Below, in pieces: positions 38,352 through 51,100 of a DNA stretch of 64,000 nucleotides (position 1 is the first letter of the stretch; each line of letters opens with the position of its first letter). The DNA comes from Octopus sinensis (taxonomy: Eukaryota): the NCBI RefSeq assembly GCF_006345805.1, contig NC_043017.1, positions 6,944,001 through 7,008,000 on the forward strand, in the 5' to 3' direction. A model generated the notes under the pieces. That model did no database searches and had not been told where the DNA came from. It saw only the letters and a program-made list of their open reading frames with translations. The position numbers were made by a program, and so were the translations under genes.

Positions 38352-38710
38352 CTCATTCTGGACAGCCAGAATGAGGTGCGTGTTTGAGGTCAAATTTCCA
38401 TCTTTGAACTTGGCATATCAATCACGAGCGGTTCTCTATACACAGCACAAATGTTGCAAGCAGCTTTTGTGGCCTTAGAACCTTGGTTAAAAGCAAAAAG
38501 AAGGAGGTGTCGAAAATGCTCATTTTTTTTTAAAACTTGACATTCCATTTTAATGATCTGAAAATAAACAAAAATTAACTAGAAAAAAACAAAATAGATT
38601 CCAAAATGATTCAAAAATAGAATTCTCAGAAAAAATAGATTCCAAAATATAAAAACGCAATAAATGCCAAAATTTAAAAGAACGGCGGGAACTTAGTTGC
38701 CAACCCAATA
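38352..38710 (-). mobile_element. mariner transposon 5' fragment
   Basis: Terminus TATTGGGTTGGCAACTAAGTTCCCGCCG; degenerate translation MECQV..NEHFRHLLLFAFNQGSKATKAACNICAVY...WYAKFKDGNFDL. Confidence 0.7.
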
Positions 38711-38871
38711 TTTACCATCATCGTTGTCGTTCTAATGACCACTTTTCCATGCTTGCATCGGTTATATAAAGTTTATCGAGGCATGGTCGCAGTCCAATGA
38801 GTGAGATAAGTAAAAAAAGAATAAAGATATGCATGTGTGTGTTTGTGCTTGCGGCTGCTTTAACCACTATA

Positions 38872-39640
38872 TTTTGTGTCACCGACACCGGAGCCTTTTT
38901 GTGTCACCAGCATGGGTACCTTTTTTGTATCACCAGCATAGGTGTCATTTTCGTGTCACCAACATAGGTACCTTTTTGTGTCACCAGCACACGTGCCTTT
39001 TTCATGTCACCAACACGGGTACCTTTTTTGTGTCACCAGCATGGGTACCTTTTTTGTATCACCAGCATAGGTGTCATTTTCGTGTCACCAACATAGGTAC
39101 CTTTTTGTGTCACCAGCACACGTGCCTTTTTCATGTCACCAACACGGGTACCTTTTTTGTGTCACCAGCATGGGTACCTTTTTTGTATTACCAGCACAGG
39201 TGCCTTTTTCATGTCACCAACACAGGTGCCTTTTTGTGTCACCAGCATGGGTACCTTTTTTGTGTCACCAGCAAAGGTGCCTTTTTCATGTCACCAACAT
39301 GGGTACCTTTTTCTATCACCAGCACAGGTGCCTTTTTCATGTCATCAACACAGGTGCCTTTTTTGTGTCACCAGCATCGGTACCTTTTTTTGTGTCACCA
39401 GCACAGGTGCTTTTTTCATGTCACCAACACGGGTACCTTTTTTGTATCACCAGCACAGGTGCCTTTTTCATGTCACCAACACAGGTGCCTTTTTTGTGTC
39501 ACCAGCATGGGTACCTTTTTTCTGTCACCAGCACAGGTGCCTTTTTCATGACACCAACACGGGTACCTTTTTTGTATTACCAGCACAGGTGCCTTTTTCA
39601 TGTCATCAACACAGGTACTTTTTTTGTGTCACTGGTATAG
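38872..39640. repeat. Minisatellite, 25-26 bp unit, about 30 copies, with higher-order structure
   Basis: Unit (G/A)TGTCACCA(G/A)CA(C/T)(A/G)GGT(G/A)CCTTTTT(T/C). Confidence 0.9.
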
Positions 39641-40345
39641 GTATTTAAACAATTTTTTTTAAATATACAATCTCTACTAATATTTAATTATAAAAATACA
39701 ATAAGATTTTTTTAATATATACATTAAATGCCCCTGGAGGTCCAGTAGAGTAAAATAGGAAAGAAAGGGGTCCTATAGGCAAAACAGGGTTTGCGTACCA
39801 CTGGTTTATAAGAATATATCACAGAACCATTTATATTAACTAGTTTCCTTTATAGCCGTGGGGGGGATGACACCACCCCACCTTCTCCAATTTAGAAGTC
39901 TATCAGATGGTTGTAAAACAGAGTGGGGGAGCAAGGGTGGATGGAGGGATGTTGCCTGTTAAAGCCTCCACACACCCCTTTTGCTGCCTTAATCCAGTGA
40001 GTCACTTGGAGGTGGGTGGTGAGCAGGACATTTATTACATGGCTCCTGTCATACAGGCGTGGGGGGGAGTGGGGGGTGGCATGGAGGAAATATTATCCTC
40101 TGTTTACATGAAACATGGTTGTTAAAGCAGCCACACACACACACACTTGACTGCGGCCATGCTGGAGCACCGCCTTTTTAGTCGAGCAAATCGACCCCCA
40201 GGACTTATTCTTTGGAAGCCTAGTACTTATTCCATCGGTTCTCTTTTGCTGAACCGTTAAGTTACGGAGACGTAAACACACCACCATCGGTTGTCAAGTG
40301 ATGTTGAGGGGACAAATACAGACACACAAACATATATACACACAT

Positions 40346-40411
<66 letters not shown>

Positions 40412-40719
40412 AATGGCAGTGCCCCAGCACGGCCACAGATAATGAGCTGAAACAAGATAAAAAAATAAAAAATGAAAATGATATATGTGTGTGTGTGTGT
40501 ATATATATATACATATATACGACGGGCTTCTTTCAGTTTCCGTCTACCAAATCCACTCACAAGGCTTTGGTCGGCCCAAGGCTACAGTAGAAGATACACT
40601 TGCCCAAGCTGCCACACAGTGGGAATGAACCCAGAACCATGTGGTTGGTAACCAAGCTACTTACCACACAGCCACTCCTGCGCCTATGTTTACTTTTTGT
40701 TTCTGTTTTTAGACCATGC

Positions 40720-41110
40720 ACATACATATCAGCTTGATAGGGGGCAGAGGAATATTGGTCAACAACAAGCTGAAGGGTAACCTCTTAGCAATGAAGAGAG
40801 ATCACAACACCTTTGAGCAAACAGCCTTGGAGCGAAGAAAATGAAGATCATTGTGTGTCAAAACAGTATTAGAAACTTTGTTGCAACCAGCATTTATAGG
40901 CTTCAGGGTGCAAGGCAAAGGAGAAAAGTGGCTGCAAATAACACCACATACACAGATCTGTAATCCTCATACTTGTAGGATCTGTGGCCTTCTTTGCAAA
41001 TCGTTGGTGGGACTTAAGTGCCACATTCAACATAAGCATTTTGACTGACAACGAAAGAGTACATTGTCAGATCCTCATATGTTGAAACCGACAGGAGAGT
41101 CCATCATATA
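40720..41110 (+). mobile_element. RTE-type LINE 3' fragment with C-terminal Cys/His motif
   Basis: HTCRICGLLCKSLVGLKCHIQHKH* followed by a short 3'UTR and a microsatellite tail. Confidence 0.6.
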
Positions 41111-42283
41111 TATATATATGTGTGTATATATAAATATATAAATATAAAATATAAATTAGAGATAAAACCACTATTATGCAACTCAAACAGTGATAGACAT
41201 AAACAATACATAAATAACCAATATATATATATATAATTGTTTTTTAAATATATAACTTATCTAAAAAAAAATTATATATATATTGGTTATTTATGTATTG
41301 GTTTATGTCTATCACTATTTGAGTTGCCTAATAGTGGTTTTATCTCTAATTTATATTTTATATATTTATACTGTGAAATTTGATGTAATACTAAATTGAA
41401 TTTTCCCTGTAAGTTTGGAGTTATACTCCCTAATATTATTATTATTATTATTATATATATATCCTTCAATATGTATTTAGCAACACAGTTGAAAGCATAA
41501 CCCCCTTTTTTCATTGAAACCCCCTACTGGTAATAGCAGTGACATATCTTGTTATCTTTGTTGTTGATGCTATTGTTGTTGTTGTTGTTTTGGGGGACAG
41601 AGGAACGCACTTATTCTGTGATTTATTCACTGGCAATTACTTTCCATTTCATTTCATATCAAGGAATTTGTCATTCAGAGATCAAGTGCTTAGAGAGCCA
41701 GCTGGATTAAATGGCTTAATTTTGCCCTTGTTATTTGGCAGTAATTCTCTTCATACTAATACGGACTCACAGACACACACATACACATATTTGTCATCAT
41801 CATCGTCGTCGTCGTCATCATTTAACGTCCGCTTTCCATGCTGGCATGGGTTGGACAGTTTGACTGAGGACTGGCAAGCCAGAAGGCTACACCAGGCTCC
41901 AATCTGATCTGGCAAGGTTTCTACAGCTGGATGCCCTTCCTAACGCCAACCACTCTGAGAGTGTAATGGGTGCTTTTTACGTGCCACCAGCACAAGAGCC
42001 AGTCAGGTGGCACTGGCATCAACTACTTTTGGATGGGGCTTTTTATGTGCTACTGGCACGGGAACCAGTCAAGGGGCACTGGCATCAACCACATTCAGAT
42101 GGTGCTTTTTACATACCACTAGCACAGGTCTGTATATATATATGTGTGTGTATATATATATAACAAAAGATTCAGGGTGAATACCAGATGAATACTTGAT
42201 AATTGTAAGCACCTGTATATGCCAGTTAGTGGTGTAGGTGATAGGGTATATTTATCAAAAGAAAAACAGGATGCAAAAGATTT

Positions 42284-42372
42284 AGCGGTACATATGTTTC
42301 TGGCTTTATTGGACAGTTTATATCAATGCATAATTGATGTAACATGTACGTCAATAGCCTTCTTCAGCCGCT
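42284..42372 (-). ncRNA. Type I hammerhead ribozyme-like motif with long branched stem II
   Basis: Minus strand AGCGG-CUGAAGA-A-GGCU-(about 50 nt)-AGCC-A-GAAA-CAUAUG-UA-CCGCU: 5-bp stem I, palindromic ACAUAUGU stem III, canonical CUGANGA. Confidence 0.6.
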
Positions 42373-42510
42373 CACAATTACCACACTAAAGACATGTATT
42401 ACATTATAGCAGGTCAGTCACAGAAGTCCAGTGCAGGAACACAGACATTGATGATGATGATATATATATATCATCATCATTATTTAACATCCATATTCCA
42501 TATGGATATG

Positions 42511-42546
<36 letters not shown>

Positions 42547-42742
42547 CATCCATATATATATATATAAAATCGTCATTGTCCATGCTGGCATAGGTTGGAT
42601 GATTTGACCAGAGCTGGCAAGCTGGGAGGCTGTACCAGACTCTAGTCTGATTTGGCATGGTCTCTGCAGCTGGATGCGCTTCCTAACACCAACCACTCCG
42701 AGAATGTAAGGGGTGCTTCTACATTCCACTGGCAACATAAGC

Positions 42743-42802
<60 letters not shown>

Positions 42803-43586
42803 CATGCATATGTATATGTGTATATGCATGTATATATAAGTGTATGTATATGTGTATATATGTATATGCATATATATGCACATATGTATATACATATGCA
42901 TTTATAACTATATATATATATATATATAAGCATATGTACATATGTATATATGTATATGCATGTAAATATATATGCACATATGTATATGCATACATATATG
43001 TGTGTATGTGTATCTGTCTATCAATACAGGATGTGAGTGTGTATTATTTTCACCTGATAAAAGCAATCTGACCTCATTGAACTAAAACTATTTATAAGAC
43101 ACACACCTACAGGTATACATGTGAGTATCCATGCATAACGCAACTGCAACAAGCCTTACTAAATAATGTCATGTCACCTGGTACACCTGAGAGATTAAGT
43201 CAAAAGTACTTTATAATATTACATAATCCTGGAGTCATTTGTCATCCTAGAACTGATAAAAGAATTTAGGGCAACTGCTTAACAATAAGGTAAAGCACTG
43301 GATTTATTATGTCTTTGCTGAGTGTTCAAATTCCACTGAGGAATTTACATTTCATTTTTCCATCATCATCATCATCATCATCATACATCCACTTTCCATG
43401 CTGTCATGGTTTGGACGGTTTGACAGGCACTGGCTAGGCAGAAGACTGCACCAGGATTCAGTGTCTGTTTCGGCATGGTTTTTATGGCTGGATGCTCTTC
43501 TTAACACCAACCACCCCACAGAGTGGGCCGAGTACTTATTACATGGCACCAGACCAGGCACGGTCAGTTTTGGAACAGTTTTTTTA

Positions 43587-43797
43587 CCCTTTTGTTACCA
43601 TATTTCTATGGAGATGCTCTGTGTTTCTTTCAATTACTTTAAATATAACAAAGAATTTATTAAAATAATTTAGTTATCATTCAGCTAATGTTAGGAACAT
43701 AAATTGTGACTAAGGTTTGGTGGAAGATTTTAAATGAAAACAAGACATTTGTGCTACAGAGCCAGAGGTGATTTCAGCCGGGTTGGTCTCGAAAGGG
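43587..43797. mobile_element. piggyBac-type MITE of the same family, opposite orientation
   Basis: CCCTTT...AAAGGG|TTAA termini; internal sequence is the reverse complement of the 35-kb copies. Confidence 0.75.
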
Positions 43798-44210
43798 TTA
43801 AAGCTGGATACCCCTTCAAAAAAAAAGAATATACCCTTGATGATATTAGTCTTGTCTTCTTTGTAGTCTAAAAATGGTCTAAGGCTTTGTTCCCTGCACC
43901 AGACTATAAATTAAGGAATTATATTCAGTGTGGGCATGGCTGTATAGTTAAGAAGCTCAATTTGTAATCATGTGGTTTTGGGTTCAAAGCCCAGATGTGG
44001 CCCCTTTGGCAAGTGTCTTCTATGATAGCCCTGGATGGACCAATGCCTAACGAGCGAATTTTGTCGGCAGAAGCTTTGTAGAAGCCCATCATTGTGTGTG
44101 TGTGTGCGTGTGTGCGTGCATGAGTGTATCCCATCATTGCTCAAAAACCATTGTCGGTTTGTTTACATCCCTGTCAGAAGAGATCAATAAGTATCGGGCT
44201 ATGACTAAAC

Positions 44211-44505
44211 CAGTGGTTCCCAAAGTGGGCATTACTGCCCCCTTTGTGATGGGGGTGGAATGGAAAGATCCAGGGTGCGTCGAAGAAAAGTGGGGGTGGG
44301 AATGAGGTGGCCGAAAGAGGGCGATGGATGTAAAAACAACAAAATAATGGGTTAATTAGTTCAAGTTTTATTTGTGAAATACAGTTGTTTAGGGTTTGTT
44401 GCAGAAAGTGGTGTACGTTTGTGGTGGTGAGTGGGAGGTGGCGGGGCTAGGAATGTGGCCCAATCGCCAAGGGGATAGCAGCCCCAAGATGTTTGGGAAC
44501 CACTG
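44211..44505. mobile_element. hAT MITE
   Basis: TIR CAGTGGTTCCCAAA; TSD GACTAAAC/GACTAAGC. Confidence 0.75.
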
Positions 44506-44997
44506 GACTAAGCCCTTCAGGGCAGTGCTCCAGTACGGCTGCAGTCCAATGATTGAAACAAACAAGAATTTCAGCAATAAGGACATAAACACAAGGCCAT
44601 AAACTTTGAACAAGGGGTTACAGTCAATCAAATCAACCCCTAATACGTGACCAGCATTCTATTTTATTGGCCCCCTGGAAGGATGTAAAGCACAACTGAC
44701 CACAGCAGGATTTGAACTCACTAAGTGAAGCACCAAACTATACACCACAAAGCATTTCGTCCGATGCTCTACCGATTCTTGTCAACTCATCATTGCCATG
44801 TTGCTGCTGTTTATTGATTTTAGTTTCCGAATTAAGATTCAGATTTGGAATACTCAACCATAAAACAACTGGGGTTTGTTTGTTTTTTAAGTGTCAAAGA
44901 AACGGCAACAATTGTTTTGTATTGTTTGTTCCCAATGAAAAAAGTTACCGTTTTCTTTGGATCGGTTAATTTTGGCACAAAAGCAAGGCAAAGAATA

Positions 44998-45003
44998 TTT
45001 ATT
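44998..45003 (-). terminator. Candidate polyadenylation signal AATAAA of the BEN gene
   Basis: AATAAA on the minus strand, 38 nt after the stop codon. Confidence 0.45.
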
Positions 45004-45040
45004 AAAGTTTATAGATGTCGACTTCGTAATAGAGACATTC

Positions 45041-45192
45041 TCATGAGCTTATGTTTGCAGCAATTTGGTCAATCTTGAACTCGTTCCGTAAGTTCCTGCG
45101 TGCATTTGTGATTTTATTCCCCACTGTTACCCGAAACGTCCGTGAATCCATCATCTTAATATTCTTTCTGTCAGAAAACTCTGCCAGGAACT
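45041..45192 (-). CDS. BEN gene terminal coding exon: C-terminal BEN helices, stop TGA at 45041-45043
   Basis: Acceptor ttttcttttctttacAG|; phase 1; encodes EFLAEF...FRVTVGNKITNARR. Absent from the ORF track because it is short. Confidence 0.88.
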
Positions 45193-48100
45193 CTGTAAAG
45201 AAAAGAAAATTCTTTTTTTAAATCTGTAATTTATGTTAGTTGGTAAAACATTTAAAATATACTTTGGGAGTGGCTGTGTGGTAAGTAGCTTGTTTACCAA
45301 CCACATGGTTCCGGGTTGAGTCCCACTGAGTGGCACCTTGGGCAAGTGTCTTCTGCTATAGCCCCGGGCCGACCAATGCCTTGTGAGTGGATTTGGTAGA
45401 CAGAAACTGAAAGAAGCCTGTCGTATATATGTATATATATATATATGTATGTGTGTGTATGTGTTTGTCCCCCTAATATTGCTTGACAACAGATGCTGGT
45501 GTGTTTATGTCCCCGTCACCTAGCGGTTCGGCAAAAAGAGACCAATAGAATAAGTACTGGGCCTACAAAGAATAAGTCCCGGGGTCGATTTGCTCGACTA
45601 AAGGCAGTGCTCCAGCATGGCTGCAGTCAAATGACTGAAACAAGTAAAAGAGTAGGCACAGATGTGGCTGTGTGGTAAGAAGTTTGCTTCCTAACCACAT
45701 GGTTCTGGGTTCAGTCCCACTCTGTGACATCTTTTGTCCTGACATTGTCTAGTGTCACCACAGTGTGGGAGTGTGACTGAATGATGTTTAGCATCCACTT
45801 TTCCATGCTTGCATGTATCGATCAGACAAGAATTTGTTGAAGCAGGAATCAGAGTAGAAGTCCCTTGCCTAAAGTGCTACACGGTGGGACTGAACCTGAG
45901 ACCACATGGTTGGGAAGCAAGCTTCTGAACCACACAGCCATGTCTGTGCCTATCAACCACATCAATGTCAGAATTTGGTGATGATGATGATCATTATCAC
46001 CATGCAGGCCATCACTCACATCAATCTCATTTGTCTTGTTGATCAAAATATTAAACCAGGTGATGTCTTTGTTTCAAAAGAAAAATTATTTATAAAAGCA
46101 GATTTATAATGATTACCTTTTATGGCAGTTAATTTCTTCCTATCAAGTGGTGTGTGTTGTTTGTCTTTCTGTGTCCGTAGCCCTAGGCCACTAGCTGCCA
46201 CCAGCTCATCGCGTGTGAACATAGCATCAACCAACTGCAACAGTAGAAAAAAAAAAAGGGTTTACTAAAGCAACACACTGATATTTTACACCGTTTTACA
46301 CAGGTGCCTCCAATTTATCCCTCTGATGCCCACCACATACATTTCACCGGGCAAGCCTACAAAATCAGAAAACAGCACAGCTCCCTTGACTTTCAGAAAC
46401 ATCTTTTCACACTTAGTGTTGCTGAAGCATGGAACAAATTACCTGCATCAGTTGTTAGTTGCTAAGACATTGCATCCTTTAAAACCTCCATGCTTCTTGA
46501 AATTTGCCAACACTACACCTGACATCCGACCTCCATATGCATGCACACATGTATATCATGATTCATACACTGTTCACTTTCCTGAAAATTATCAACCATC
46601 TTACAAACAATAACTCTGAGCACCTTTTCAAACTCCACCTGTCTAACATCCGTGGACATATTTACAAAGTCAGAAAACAGCACAGCTCCCATGACTTTAG
46701 GAAACATTTTTTCACGCTGAGAATTGCTGAAGCATGGAATAAACTGCCGGCATCAGAAATTTGTACATTACATGCACCTTTGATGAGTTGAAGTGCACCT
46801 GAGCACTAAACACAATAATTTTATTATTATTATTATTATTAAATCCACTCACAAGATTTTGGTCTGCTCAGTGCTGACGCTTGTCTAAAGTGCCAAATGG
46901 TTAAATAATAATAATAATAATAATGAAATTATTGTATACAGTGCTCAGGTGCACCACAACTTGTCAAAAGTGCATATAAAGCATATGCATTAATGTACAA
47001 ATGTCTGAAAAGTGAACAGTGTATGAGTCAGATACATGCTTGCGTGTGTATGGAGCCGAGAAAATCAGGTGTAGTGTTGGCGAATCTCAGGAAGCATGGA
47101 AGTTTTGAAGAATGCAGTGCTCCGACAACTAACAACTGATGCCGGCAGTTTATTCCATGCTTCAGCAATTCTCAGCGTGAAAAAATGTTTCCTAAAGTCA
47201 TGGGAGCTGTGCTGTTTTCTGACTTTGTAAATATGTCCACGGATGTTAGACAGGTGGAGTTTGAAAAGGTGCTCAGAGTTATTGTTTGTAAGATGGTTGA
47301 TAATTTTATGGGTGTCTGTCAAGTCAGCTGCCAGACGTCGGAGTTTCAATGTATCCATGCCCTGGGAAGTAAGGCGTTCAGAATATGGCAAATGCCTAAT
47401 GGAGGGTATTCTCTTGAAGCCAAACCTCTTAGCCACTCATCCATGCCTGCATTTATATTCAAAGTTATTATTATTATTATTCTAGTATATCACCATATTT
47501 CTGCTGAAATACACAGCTTTTGTTCCAAATTTATTAACAATTTATTTATTAACATAGGCGCAGGAGTGGCTGTGTGGTAAGTAGCTTGTTTACCAACCAC
47601 ATGGTTCCGGGTTCAGTCCCACTGCGTGGCACCTTGGGCAAGTGTCTTCTACTATAGCCTCGGGCCGACCAAAGCCTTGTGAGTGGATTTGGTAGACGGA
47701 AACTGAAAGAAGCTCGTCGTATATATGTGTATATATATATATGCGTGTGTGTGTTTGTGTTTGTCCCCCTAGCATTGCTTGACAACCGATGCTGGTGTGT
47801 TTATGTCCCTGTTACTTAGCGGTTCAGCAAAAGAGACCGATAGAATAAGTACTGGGCTTACAAAAGAATAAGTCCTGGGTCGAGTTGCTCGATTAAAGGC
47901 GGTGCTCCAGCTTGGCCTCAGTCAAATGACTGAAACAAGTAAAAGAGTAAAGATTCCATTAAAATAACTTTAAGCCGGTGTTTGGCGCATAATTTTCTCG
48001 CTGTCATTTTATCAGTGTCCGTGGTTTTTATCTGCTGTTATCTATGGCAGACGTTCAAGGAACACCGTCTTCCACCCACATCAACCTTTCCTTCTTCAGA

Positions 48101-51100
48101 ACCAAACCATTAAAAAAACAAAAAAAAAACAAACAGAATAATTGTAGACGTAACAAACTGACTGACCTTGTTTAAAAGATATTTCATTTTATCTCCGAGT
48201 CGTTCATTTGTTGCTCGTAGAATTGCTTTTAACTTCATGTAATTTATTGGAAGGGACTTTGTCATGGCTGTTCCCTAGATATAAGAATACAAGGAATACC
48301 ATAAGCATCATCATCATCGTCGTCATCATTATTTAATGCCTTCTTTTCCGTGATTGCATCGATCAAATAAACTTCCCACCATACCCCATCTAGGAATACA
48401 TTATCCAATGCGCCCCCACCACCACCACTTTTGCTTTTCGATAGTAGATGATTTTAAAGAAATTTAGCTACTATTTTTAGCAAGTCAAGTGACCACATAA
48501 TGCCGATTCTTCTCATTTTGTTCATCCGAAAAGAAATTGTTTCAAGGGAGATAACTTTGATAAACACTGAACCGATTGACAAATTTACTGATTTTTCAAG
48601 GGAATTTCTTTTTCTTTCCTATCATGCGTTAAAATCTTTTAAATAAACATCATGCCTCATAAGGAATTTTTTAAAACTGATATTTTAAAAGCGTAAATGT
48701 GCAAAGTTATTATTCAGTGAAAATTTTCTGTATAATATAAACTTGAGAAGAAATCGATTATAAAAAAGAAAAAAACTTAAAAACATACAATTACATCCTT
48801 TTTACTTTCAACAAGAAAAAAAGAGAATAAGTAACAATAATAAAACTAGATATATGCTATATATATACATATGTATATACACACACACACGTACATACAT
48901 ACACAGTAATCTCTCGACTATCGCGGGTGTTACGTTAAAAAAAAAAAAAACGCGAAAGATAAAAATCCGGAAAAACAGAACTGTACTGTATAAATTTTTT
49001 TTTATTAATTTTATAATTTGTATATATTCATCTCTCTCTATATAAAGCTGGAGTTGTCTGTGTACGGCAGGTTTGGTAGCCTTCAACTAACACTATCTCC
49101 TCCGAGACCCTGCGGTGCAAGTTGACCAAAACTGAGAGTATGATAGAAGAAGGCTTGCTCTTCCTTCCGTAGAAGAAAACATTCAAATCGGACCATGTTA
49201 ACACCAAAAATTATTTACATGAAAAAGGTGCTTTTTCCCTATTTTTTACGATTTTTTTGACTGCTGTGTCACCATTTTTCGGTGTATTTCAACCAGAAAA
49301 ATGTTCACTTAAAGAGAATAACAAGCTACATAATGCAAAAATTTTACTTTTCAAAAAATTCCAATTCTAAAGGATCGAAACAAACCCGAGCAACGCCGGG
49401 CGATACTGATAGTTTAATTATAAATGCAAAACAACACCACGAAGGAATGGACGTAAGCTTAAAAAAATAAAGTGGGAGATTATCGGTAAAGGTTACCTCC
49501 CTTGAAGTAGGTTCTAATCGAGAAATCCAAGCTTTGATCAGCGCTCTGTCTCTTTGTTAGTTGCTGGCATTGCACGCCGAGCGTTGGATTAAGCATTTTA
49601 TTTAAGCCGGATCGCAAGAACCCATATGGAGGTTGTATTTAATCCTTGATGAATGGTTTAATGGTTAGCAGAGGAGGAAAATAACAGCAAATATGACAAC
49701 ATCAGTCCGATATACTCTTTACTCTTTTACTTGTTTCAGTCATTTGACTGCGGCCATGCTGGAGCACCGCCTTTAGTCGAGCAAATCAACCCCGGGACTT
49801 ATTCTTTGTAAGCCCAGTACTTATTCTATCGGTCTCTTTTTGCCGAACCGCTAAGTGACGGGGACGTAAACACACCAGCATCGGTTGTCAAGCAATGCTA
49901 GGGGGACAAACACAGACACACACATATATATAAATACATATATACGACAGGCTTCTTTCAGTTTCCGTCTACCAAATTCACTCACAAGGCATTGGTCGGC
50001 CGAAGATGCCACGCAGTGGGACTGAACCCGGAACCATGTGGATGGTAAGCAAGCTACTTACCACACAGCCACTCCTACCATGATAATTAATTAAAATGTG
50101 GTGGGATAAGAGGACTTTTATGTAATGAATACACACACATACGTACGTCGGTACGCGTGTGTGTGTTTATATATGTATATAAATATGGAAGCCGTTTAGG
50201 GGTCAATAAGTCTGGCTAAAATACACTTGTATACCTATTTCTTTATTACCCACAAGGGGCTAAACACAGAGGGGACAAACAAGGACAGACATAGGTATTA
50301 AGTCGATTATATCGACCCCAGTGCGTAACTGGTACTTAATTTATCGACCCCAAAAGGATGAAAGGCAAAGTCCTTGGCGGAATTTGAACTCAGAACATAA
50401 AGACAGAAGAAATACCACTAAGCATTTCGCCCGGCGTGCTAACGTTTCTGCACGCTCGCCGCCTTTATACACTCGTATACCTGTCAGTAGAGTGGGTATG
50501 TTCTTTTCTACTCTAGGCACAAGGCCCGAAATTGGGGGGGGGGGTCAGCCGATTAGATCGACCCCAGTACACAACTGGTACTTAATTTATCGATCCCAAA
50601 AGGATGAAAGGCAAAGTCGACCTCAGTGATTTCTTTTGTGCTGTAGACCTTTTACCATTTCTGTAGTGCTCCTTGCCTTGATGTCCTCAGCACATATTTA
50701 TTTGGCTTAACTTTTTAGTATTCAGATTACTCTGTCTAAAATAATGCTTATTTATTCACACTGTTTTGAATTGATCATACATTATCTTGTAGCTTCAAGG
50801 TTTTGATGATGTGATTGATAATTTTTAGAATGACATTGAAGAGTAGGTGCAAGAAGCCAGATCTAGCCAGTCTGCACATAAAACAGGTAGAATATGTGGG
50901 TTGGATATGGCTGGTTCAAATGCTAAACGGTTCGTGTTTCATTCAGCCCTGGGGCACAAGTGGTCAGCACGTGATAAACACACCGTAGTCATAAAAAGAC
51001 CCAACAAACAAACAACAAATATAATAGGCGCAGGAGTGGCTGTGTGGTAAGTAGCTTGCTAACCAACCACATGGTTCCAGGTTCAGTCCCACTGCATGGC

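Noticed and set aside
38872-39640. CRISPR-like appearance of regularly spaced short repeats
   Set aside because: Units abut with no unique spacers, the context is eukaryotic, and there are no cas genes.
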